Shown: piece by piece, positions 52,975 through 64,000 of the stretch | Position numbering within the stretch: the stretch's first letter is position 1 | Layout: the number at the start of each line of letters is the position of its first letter | Assembly: GCF_009914755.1 (NCBI RefSeq) | Contig: NC_060929.1 | Source: the human T2T-CHM13v2.0 reference genome, Homo sapiens | Length of the DNA: 64,000 nt | Reading direction: 5' to 3' (one strand) | Notes under the pieces: model-generated | What the model saw: the letters and a program-made list of their open reading frames with translations, nothing else | Databases searched by the model: none | Told to the model about the DNA's origin: nothing | Made by a program: the position numbers and the translations under genes

Positions 52975-53220
52975 AACTTTAGTGAAGTAAATTGGAAAAA
53001 CAAAGATACTCATTTAAAGTGTACAATTTGATAAGTTTTGACATATATGTATATATACATACCATTAAAAATCATCAGCACAATCAAGGTAATGAGGATA
53101 CCCCAAAAGTTTTCTCTTACCCCTTTTAATCCTTCACCCCCACTCTTCTATCTCCAGTTAGCCAGTGGTCTGTTTTCTGTTACAAAATATGAGTTTGTAT
53201 ATTCTTGAATTATATATTTT
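52975..53220 (-). mobile_element. L1M 3' end fragment
   Basis: catttaaagtgtacaatttgataagttttgacata...caatcaagg...ccccaaaagttttctc...tctgttttctgttac. Confidence 0.75.
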
Positions 53221-53445
53221 TGTTAATGAAGCATATTCATTATACCGCAAAAGAGAATTCCAATCCAGTTTGTAATAGAGTGATATACTAATTCTAAATG
53301 ATTTTTCTATATTCATTCATGTCCTTGGGAAGTGTCCAAAACACAGCTTATTTCTATCCATAATCTTTAATCAAAACTTACCCAATTGACTTTGGCTCTG
53401 GCCAAGATGGAGTAACAGGGGTATATGAGTTGCAAGCAGATTTGT

Positions 53446-53980
53446 CTATTAGTTATCTATTGCTGTATGACAAATTATACCAAAACTTGGCAGCTTAAAC
53501 AACAATCATTTATTATGTCACAAAATTTCTGACGGTTGGGTATCTAGGAGTGGCTTTGCTAGGGAGTTTTGGCTTCTGCTGTTCATGAGGTTGCTCTCAC
53601 TATCAGTGAGGAATGAAGTTAAATGCTTGACTGAGGGTAGATAGTCTGTTTCCAAGATGACTGACTAGTGTGACGATTGGCTAGAGGCTCCAGTTCCTTG
53701 CTTTAGGAAGGCTTTGGATTCTCACCTTTTGGGCTTTTTATAAGACTGTTAATGATAGTATCAGCTTCCCCGAAATTGAATACTATGAGAGAGAGAATGA
53801 GCATGACCAAGGTAAAAGCCACATTTTATTTGACAGTCTACTCTTAGAAGTCATGTGCCGTCTCTTCTCCCATATTTTACTGGTCGCACACAACTACCCT
53901 AGTCTACTGTGGGAGGGGACTACGCAAGAGTATATCAGGAGGTGGGGATCACTGGGGCCGTTGTGAAGGCTGGCTGCCGT
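53446..53980 (-). mobile_element. MLT1 (MLT1F-like) MaLR solo LTR
   Basis: tattagttatctattgctg...cagcttaaacaac...tgtgggaggggactac...ggggatcactggggcc...ggctggctgcc. Confidence 0.85.
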
Positions 53981-55395
53981 GATATGTTTGGCTATATAAA
54001 GTCAAACTATTCGACAAGTTTTAAGACTCTTGTGTAATCAGCCCATAAAATCCATTTTAGCAGTATCCATTTGCTTATAATTTATGAGCTGACTACACAA
54101 TAGTTTTACAGTTTTATCGAATAATAACTTTTAAAGCATGTATGTATTTAATAATTTTGGAACAAAAGAGAACCATCTTTATAGGTTAAACCTTCAGTGT
54201 GTTGTAAAAGAATCTGAATCTTATTTACTCATAAGGATTACTTGTAAGGACTAATAATAAACATTAAAGATTAGCTAATTCAATATTTATTTTTTCCATG
54301 CCCTGCAGTGACAAAAGGTTGTTCATTTTGGAGATTATTAATATGTTGTTCACACTGTTCAATGTATTTCCAATATTTTAGGTGTAAATGTATCTTAACA
54401 ATTAATGTTGCTTTAAAAACTGGTATTGGGAAACATAAAGAGGATATCATTAAATCTCACATTAGCATACTTTCAGAAGGTCATCTAAAGCTGAATTATA
54501 GCTTGTGGCTAAACCCTAATAAAGACTCAAAATATTAATGGATGTTCTCATATATTAATGGTAAGAGAGTATGTGACTCAAAATAAGCCCCCAAATGCAA
54601 ACAATAAAAACTAAATTGAACACAGCATCAAAAAATCTGTCAGTAAAATCATTGTGCCCCACCCTATGGCACATGCTATTCCCAAGGCAGAGCAGCAAGC
54701 TCCAAAGCTTAAGTTTTGGCAAAGGTTTTCATCATTCTCAAACCTTTTTCCAGCTCCAAGATCTGTGTTCATTTTCATTATTATTTTTATGCCCATATCC
54801 CACTGCCTCATTCTCTGCTGTTACTTATCACTTTATGACATTAGGATTACCTGCAGAATTGGATGTAATTTTAACTGCACCCAAAACCAGAGCAGCATAT
54901 AAAATGAGTAGGTGAAATAGCTTGCCTTTGCTTAGTGAGTTGTGGGGATGGCCGGCTGTGTGGTGGGAAGGACTGTGTATGTCTGCTAGCTGACAAAACT
55001 GAGCAGATTAACAAATTTTGACTATTCTGCTCCCATGACAACACTTTATTTAGCGATATTTCAGTACCTTGTTAAAAGCACAGCAGTCACCGACTCTGCA
55101 AGGCAGCACAGTGACTTCCCAGACTCCAGTGAGTTCCCTGAGTTTGACAGACACAGATTCACTCAAGCACGAACACAAGAAATCGCAGAGTGCAAGACAA
55201 TGGGTATCTATTTCTAAGAATGAATATGGAACCTGTTTCATTTTTCACCTTCAACTTCTTCAAGGTGATTTTTGATTAAATGAGGAATGTCCATATTAAG
55301 AAGCAATGTCTTGTTTCCTAAGTCTGGTCCTTAAGTCAAAGTGCTCTAATTAGATCAATTTTAGCCATTCATTACATTAATCAGTATTTATTAAG

Positions 55396-55660
55396 TTTCT
55401 CTTTTCTTTCTTTTTTGTTTTTTTCAGACAGGGTCTTGCTCTGTCACCTAGGCCAGAGTGCAGTGGCATGATCACGGCTCATTGTAGCCTCGACTTTCTG
55501 AGCTCAAGCAGTCCTCCCACCTCAGCCTACTGAGCAGCTGTGACCACAAGCATGCACCACCATGTCTGGCTAATTTTTTTTATTTTTTATTTTTGTAGAG
55601 ATGAGGTCTTGCTGTAATGCCCAGGTTGGTCTTCTGGGCTCAAGTGATCCTCATGCCTTA
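55396..55660 (-). mobile_element. AluJ
   Basis: T-rich tail-cagacagggtcttgctctgtcacc...ctgggctcaagtgatcctc. Confidence 0.9.
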
Positions 55661-56738
55661 CTGAGTTTCTAATATGGGCCAGGTAACCATGTTCACAGTG
55701 GTAAACAAAAAAGGACACAGTCTCTGCTCTCTGAAAGTAAATACCTTGGCATTTGAGACAGAATGAAGGGGTACATAAACACACTTTAGCTAGTGGTAAG
55801 TGTAACAGTGAAAATCAGAGAGTAATTGAAGGGATGTGGGGTCAGAAAAAGCATCACTGTGGGGCTGACATGTGAATTGAGAAGAAAGGAAAATATCTAA
55901 GACAATAACAGTCTTGGCAGAGAAAACAACAGGTGCAAAGGCCCAGAGGCCTGAAAAAGCTTGGCATGCTTGAGCAACAAAGTGGACATTGTAGCTGGAA
56001 TTTTAACAAGATGGGGAGTCTTAGAAAATGGTGTCAAGAGGTGGGTAGGGTCTTCACATAGCACATCTTTAAAACTTCACCTTTCTTTTCTCTTTTTCTC
56101 AGTTAAATAACTACATAGAATATCTGTCGCCTTTTCAGCAAATTTCAAGATAGAACACTGAGGAGAATGCCATTATTTTGGCTACTTAAGAGTTGAAATA
56201 GCTTCTAATTTGCTGGTAATAGTTTTAACTTGCTGTCCTCCAGTTTGGGAGATACAGTGTAACAGGGAGCATACAGCCAAAATCTGAGACATCTGTAAGC
56301 AAGCAGTCAGGAGTAGCTTGACTATACATCCAAAAGTATAGTCTTCATAACTTTGCTTTGTGAACTGCTTCTGTTAATTTTTTATGAACAGTTGGCCTGA
56401 AAGTTGTTTATTTATAAATGTGTCATTTATTAGAATAAGATGTGCTCTATTCTGTTTAGGAGGGCCAATGGGGGTGCAGATAAGTGCTTGAATTCCATTC
56501 TCGGAGGTCATTGACTATCAAAATGATCAAGCTAACTGGATTTCACTGTAGTTGAAAATATAAATTGTTGGATTGTGTCATTGTTAAACTGTGATAAATT
56601 AATTTAAATGCAATAGATCTGAAGTTTCTTCCTCAGAAATTTCAGTTTAAGGAAATTTATCTCTTTATGTTTGTTGGTCTTACAAATTTATTCTGAAATA
56701 ATCAGATTTTAAAATAAATAAATCTGATATTACGGTGA

Positions 56739-57053
<315 letters not shown>

Positions 57054-59141
57054 TGATTTGTTATGTATTATGTAAGAATTGAAGTTATTTCTTGAGAAAT
57101 AAATAGATAACAATTTGCACTTTAATAGGTAATGTATCAGGCAAGTTGACACCCATTCATCTGGTTTGGCCCCTGACAGCTATGCTTTATTATATGGTTT
57201 AAATAGATTTGCATTAGAAGTGAAACTACTGTAAGAAAATAAATATCTCATGTAAATGAAAAAGTAAATACTATGATCTCTCATGAAAAAGACTATAAAA
57301 ATGTAGCCTTATCATGAACTCCTTGTGCCTGCACCAGCACAAGACAGCATTAATTGGGCAAGAAGGGGCCTATCAGGCTGGATGACATTCCCCTTATGGC
57401 AGGTTCTTGTTGGGGGGCTGACCCACAGAGTGTAGACCATGAAGTCCCACAAAGCAATGACCTGTATGGACAGGTTAGGAAATTTGAATCCTTGCTTTAG
57501 GGAGTGAAGTGATTCTTTCACATGTATTTGCTTCTGAAATAGCTATTTCTTATTGGCTCCTTATTGTTTGTTGTTTGCACACATTTTAAAGAGGAAAATG
57601 TCTCACCTTAGAGAAACAGAATTGAATACAAAACATCACTGAGCTAGCACAAAGTTTAGCACATTGAATATATACTTACATATAAATATAAATATTATGT
57701 AAAGTTTTAGTTTTATAGATTTAGTTCAAATAAAAATAAACTGTTGACAGAAAGGCAGGATAATGATTCATAGTTAATATTTAAATGATTCAACATTGAA
57801 TTCAACAGGTCTAGATTTTTTACCCTTACCTGCTGCTTGTTAATTTTGTCCTTGTTTCACCAGCTATAAAATTTGAATAATATAGTGTTAATTATTTAGA
57901 AGAGTAATGTGTGGATGTAGATATATGTGTGTAATACACATATATTGTAGAATTAAATTTATTATATAAGGGGTCCTTGAAGTACTGCAAGCATTAGCAC
58001 AGTGCTTAGCACTCAACAAATACGAATATCATTGATAATCATATTTTCTCCTTTTTGTGCCCCCAAGGTACTCTTTGGACAAAGTACTCTTGGACATTTT
58101 GTATTCTACTATTGTAATATCATTCAGGACTAAATCAACTCTAAAATAAGTTTTTACATCTATTTGGAAACCTAGATCTTCCTTTTTGAGGGCTATCGTT
58201 TTGCCTAGGAGGCCTTCTTTGGCTTGGGTTAGCTATGATTAAGAGGGCAAGAAAATGTTTCCCTTCTGCCGTGCCTTTAGAGTATGTGTGGGTGGGAACA
58301 ATGTGCTCATGTAACCTAACAGCATAGGAGAGGGAATTGCAGATTTGGTGAACTTGCCAAACCCCATAACAGTAGCAGATGGATGAGGTTTAGAGGGTGT
58401 TGTGCCCTGTCACCAGACCCTGCTGACTTTAGCCTGGCTTTTCCAAATTTCAGAGTCTTTGCCTTTATCCAGTTCCCTCCAGGCCCAGGAGGATCTTAAA
58501 AGTAAGATAGAGGTTTTCTAATGAACAAGATTGCTTGATGTGTCCCCTAAGAAGCACTCTTCTTTTGGCTAGGCATGTGTAGTATTACTTTGGAAAGTGT
58601 TTGTTTCATTCCCATGGCACATTTATATGTATTAATCCCTGAAGGCACTATGAAGTGTAATATGAATTGCAAGTTCATTTTCTTCTGTCATGTTTGACTA
58701 TTTGGTGCTGATGATCTTTTGCAAAGAGAAAATAATGGATAACACTTTCTGTTCAGAACCAGAACATGAGTCTCGAATGACCTTAATTTTTATGCTTGGG
58801 CCAAAAAGTAGAGGATCCTGGCAATTTCAGTCACCATTGTTTGGTCTTCAGTGCTCATACCATTTCCTTAGGTGGTTATCATATTTTAGTTTAGCTCCTA
58901 CATTTTAAATAGATAGTAGAGATTCATTTTTAATGCTTGATAAGCAGCCAAGTTTCAGGCTTAATTCACTTAGTCAGTCTTGAGTCATTGCTCTATCCTC
59001 ACTTTCATAGCAAATATCATCATTGGGATTACACCACAATGTTTTCCTTCTGAATGAACAGTTTCACAGCTTAATATAGGTTAGTATTTTCAACATGCTT
59101 GATTTTCAAGCATGCTTGAATAAGTTTACATGCTAGAAACT

Positions 59142-59451
59142 GGCTGGGTGCGGGGACTCACACCTGTAATCCCAGCAATTTGGGAGGCCAAGGAGGGAGG
59201 ATCACTTGATGCCAGCAGTTTGAGACCAAGCCTATGAAACATAGTGAGACCCTGTCTCTACAAAAGATTTAAAAAATTAGCCAGGTGTGGTGGTGCACAC
59301 CTGTAATCCCATCTATTCAGGAGGCTGAAGCCGGAGGATCTCGTGTGTTCAGGGGCTCGAGGCTGCAGTGAGCCATGATCACACCACTACACTCCAGCCT
59401 GGGAAATAGAGTGAGACCCTGTCTCTAAAAAAATAAAATAAAATAAAATAA
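59142..59451 (+). mobile_element. AluJ, full length with TSD
   Basis: TSD atgctagaaact at 59130-59141 and 59452-59463; (AAAAT)n tail. Confidence 0.94.
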
Positions 59452-62400
59452 ATGCTAGAAACTGGTTGAAAGTAACTGAACAGGAGGAACTGAGGATGTG
59501 GCACTCATTCTTGGAAATCAGTTCTGGTTAAAGATTAAAACAGACTCTGCTGCTGTCTTTCTTATGTAAATATAAAGTCCAAGGGCCACACATGACATAG
59601 AAAAAATATCACTTAGCTTCTGTAAAACTTTTTAAAAATTCCTTCTTTAAATGTTTCATGATTATACATTGTTTGCAAAGTAAATGAAACAGGTTAACTT
59701 CCTGGATGCTTACTTTTAGCAGAAATATATCAGATAGCAAACTTGCTGACAGATGAATCACAGCTTTGCCCACCTGTAATGAGGATACACTGCTGGATCC
59801 CAGGTTGGTCCCAGACTTTCAGGGTGGTATTTCTGGCCTCCAGTCCACTTAGGGAACTGATCATTCTGCATACCTCTCTGGGATTATGTTCTCCACCTCA
59901 TCTGGCCCTTGATAGGTAAACATCCCCTACCTGGCCAAAAGTAACAAAGCTGAAAAAACTTGGCCAAATCTGGGAACTTGTTAGTCTGCCTCTTCCTGTA
60001 CCAGAACCGCGTTCCAGATTGTTTCCCAGGGTCTGACTTCAGGCCACTGTTCTTTGCTGGCCTTGACCTCAGTACTTGTCTTATAAATGACTTTATGCTT
60101 TTCTCCCTCGGCCTCATCCCACCCTCGTTCTTTGTATCCTACCTCTAATTTTTATCCTTCAGACACTTTTTATTTTTCTCCCTTGTTTGAATATATTTTT
60201 AGTTTTCTCTAGGCCTTGCTTACCAACCTATCATACCTTCCAGACTCTCATGCTCCATTCCTTCCACTCTTTCCACCTCAATCTGTTCTACCTCACCTGA
60301 AGACTCTGATAACGAGAGCAAGGTCTTCCACCTGAGCCTGATGGGGTTTTGGCCAGCTGACATTCCTCCATCACCTAATGGTCTTAGCTGCCTTGTGTCC
60401 TGTCCACCTGAGATGACACCCCTTGCATCCAGTTCTTTGAGAGAAATAATTCTTATTATAGATTTGTCTTAACCGATCCGTCAGGTTTCCTTTCTCTGAC
60501 TCATTTAGTCATTACTTTTTCTCAGCGAATTTCATGTTGGATATACAAACTAACAAAGCAGAACATACTTATTTCATTTACAATTTTGGTAAAGTTTTAT
60601 TATGACACCTCATTTTAGGTGTCACTCCCATTATCTTGTTTAATCTGTTAACATGCAATAAAGACAATAATAAATAGAAGGGAATAAATTTTATGAGCAG
60701 AAAGTAGTATTTGAGAATTTTCTGTCCATCCATTTAGATAGAGATTTAATAGTTCTCTTAAAGGCATTATTTGTATGCCCAAACTTCTGCTTATAGACCA
60801 TTGCCATTCTTTTTTTTTTTTTTTTTAAATCTAGATCTGTGCTTCTGGTGTGTAACCATGAATATAGGTTTGTATATCAAAACAAATAAATATCTACTTG
60901 TACTTGTATGAGCAAAATCACCCTTGAAAATCCTTTACACTTTGCTTGATACCTCAGAGTTTGTTTTGTTTTGCTTTTTCATTTGCTTAGGTTTTTAAAA
61001 TTTAAATAAATTGCCACAATTTAAAAATCAGAAAGTTTCAACAAAAACAGATTTCAAGTGCAAAAAAAAATTTCGAGATCTCTCAACAATGCTACCTGCA
61101 TTTCTTTGCCGCAACTATATGCTTGTGCTAAGGAGCATCTGCCTCTTGACATGGGAATGTGCTTGCTGCTTTGACACAATTCATCACTCACCTACATTAC
61201 TTGCCTGGGCTTTATAGACATATGAGTTTGTGCTTCTTGTCTTAAAGGAGAAGCATAGTTGGAATCAAAGAGGTAAAGGCATAGACTTCCACCCAGCAAT
61301 GCTTTTCTTTTAAAAGAAAATAAAATATGTCCCCTACCCCAAAATACAAAGAATAAAATAACAGTCTTTCATAGTACCACTACCTAGAATAAATCATTAT
61401 TAATATTTTGGCATATTTGTTTTCAGATTTTTTCCCCTGACTAATCCCATTTTTGTCCTGTAGAATTTTATTTCTATATGCAGGGGTGAATTTCTTCTCA
61501 AGAAGTCTCCCTCATTCTTAAAAATTTACTACCTTTTTCCTCAAGAGATATAATAATCTTGGTTTTGTAAAGTCCATTAGTTTTGTGCCTAAGGCATTAG
61601 ACTTTCCTCAGATCAGAGACTCTCATGGTTCCTAGTCAGACCATTAGGCCCAAGTCAAAAACATGGTTATCAGTTAATTTCATAGGGATTTAAATAGGAT
61701 AAAGACACAGCTCTAAATTCTTTAGTAGGTTAGTTTGTAAGTGTTCATAAATGTGGAGCATTTCAAGCCAGATTCATCTTAGTCCTGACCTTACTTGGTT
61801 AGAGAGTTGTCAGGCCAACTTCAAGCCAATGGAAGTGAGATATGAGTATAATCAAGTAAGCATCCAGACCAAAGTTGAGAAATTCAGCTGCCCTTCATGT
61901 GTGGTATCATATCCACAGTCCCAAGTCACCTCTATTGCCCCTAAACCTTTGTACCCAAGAGCTCTCCCATTAAGAATGAATGTGAATCCATTTGACTTTT
62001 GCTCCAGCTACTTACATAATGATCAACCTCTGATTTGTAATTCCTGTGCATGTTAGCAATTCTATCTCAGGTGTTTAGGATGCAAATAATTTTTTAAAAA
62101 TTAGTACTTGGCCTCCTTTGCTTGCTCCCAAAGGAGAATTTAATACATAGTATGACTGTGACATATGTATTTATTAAAGTATAAAATATTTTTTCAGTTA
62201 GGTGAAATATAGAACTCAACAGTTTGGTATATAGTTGGTGTTCAACTGACGTCAACTTCTTCCTTTTTAAAAATATGTACTATTCTAGCAATATCATGGA
62301 TTAAATGGGATTCTGATAGCTTCAGTTTGTGTTTTATTCTAAGTGTTCTAAGTGTGATAGGTCATTGTAAAGTTTTGGTTCCTGGGTAGAGGGTAGACTG

Positions 62401-64000
62401 TAGTGTGAATAGTGGCCTCTTGGGATAGTGGAAGCAGAGAGGACAGTTTAGAGGCCTTTGCAGAAGTCCAGGTGAAAGATGGTGCTGATTTTAACTAGGA
62501 GATTAGTAGTGGGGAGACGAGGTTTCAAGGTTGCCCTGTATTTTGAAGGTAAAGCTAACAGGACTTACTGCTAGATTGGATGTTATGTGTAAGGAAAAGA
62601 AAGGAGTCAAGGAAGAGCCCTGGGTTGAATCATTCAAGCTTTATTGATTTCTTTCCCTTAAGACACCAATTATCCACGTTATTTCTACCTTTAAGAAATC
62701 ACCTTTGAACCATTTTCTGTTATTAAGTGGCTTCTCATTCCTCCTTTTCTGTCACCACCTACCTGTGGAAGGTTACAGATTATACCTGTTTTGTGAACTT
62801 TCTAACAGATTTTGAAATCCCTGTTCTTTCATCAAACTCTCCTGATTAAGGAACCAAAGACCAGACTATTTCCACATAGTTTGTTCAGTTGGAAGGAAGG
62901 GTTTCCATTAGCTATTCCGTTCTCAACCAAGTTACATATGTTGCCTCCTTGCTGTGGTGCACTTATCTTTTATTTGGACAATACCTGTTTCCATTCATAT
63001 ATTTGCTCTGCAAGTCTTAATTCCGTGTTTCAATATATGCGCATCAATATAAGTGCCCATCTTTGATTGTTAGCACCTAGAGGGCAATTGTTGTCTTACT
63101 TGTGCAATTAGGTTCTAAATAAATCATTTTTAAGCGATGATAACATTTTGATTCCAACGTAGTGGCTGTATTTGATAAGAACTTTAATCACATTTTCTCC
63201 AGTAATTAGGCTCTTTTTGGCTGACATTTAAAGTGATGGAATGGTATCTTTAGAACATCTGGATTTTTCAGAAGGCAGCTTCTGCTTTTAGTTTTCAAGT
63301 GTTGGCCTCTTTACCACGCTGAGTTCACAAGTTCTCCATTTATGACGGCATCATGCCTTTGCCATTCTGCCACATGCATCACATAATTCTTGTTACTGGA
63401 AAGCCACTTTTGTGTTTGAAACTATTTCGAAAGGGATGGAAAAATCCCTTATTTTAAGAAAAATTGACATCTTATGGTAGTAATCTAAAATTTTCATTGA
63501 GTTGGCTTCAATACTATGTTTTTATGAACCATGTGTAGCAAAAGGAATTAATTTTCTTTGAGTATCACCACACAGACTTTTAGGAACCAAGAATGATTTA
63601 TTTACTTAGTGTCTAAGATTTACCAACTTAAGAATGGAAAAATCCTATTGGATCATAAGAGACTGTTCCCTTCCCTACTGCAGGATTATGTGCTACAGTG
63701 TATTTCCTAATCTTTGTTCTTTTTAATAACATTCTTCCGGTATTCATTTGAAAGTCATTACTCCAAAATATTTCCATGAAATTATAATATCATGCCTGGT
63801 TTTAGATGGAGATAAATTTCTGATGTTTGTTTTATAATATCCACCAAAGTTTATTTTTTAAAAATATTAAGCAATATTTATCTCTTTAAAATGGGACAAT
63901 TATACTAGTCCCCTACCAGTTTAAATAATAGCAATATTTTCTTTTACTTTACTAACTTTATTATTTTTGGATTAGTGATATTTTGCTTGGAACATACTAT

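Noticed and set aside
54595-55275. Several overlapping 60-106 aa ORFs
   Set aside because: No recognisable domain, splice pattern or processed-pseudogene hallmarks; lengths expected by chance.

Overview
Primate (almost certainly human) genomic DNA, AT-rich and repeat-dense. It holds six consecutive + strand coding exons of the giant adhesion GPCR ADGRV1 (GPR98/VLGR1, the Usher 2C gene): 1056-1463, 9116-9300, 13765-14014, 14543-14682, 16222-16382 and 24236-24336. They splice in frame via GT-AG sites and encode a degenerate Calx-beta-like repeat, the GAIN domain with its GPS (CACSH-M|SVYAVY), TM1 and the start of TM2. From recall of the RefSeq model these are exons 78-83 (numbering not verifiable here). 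From 24337 to the window end is one very long intron with no further recognisable ADGRV1 exon. Introns carry an antisense solo LTR12 (ERV9) with a 4-bp TSD, many Alus, L1/L2/MIR relics, DNA-transposon MITEs (MER53, MADE1, MER3, MER20, MER81, MER5), an MLT1 LTR and microsatellites. I see no demonstrably new system. The best leads are hypotheses about receptor isoforms: intronic polyadenylation giving a 1TM or secreted form, an in-frame AluJ exon, an in-frame circRNA and an antisense LTR12 promoter. There is also a young 118-bp tandem duplication. Most ORFs in the supplied track are spurious or repeat-derived.
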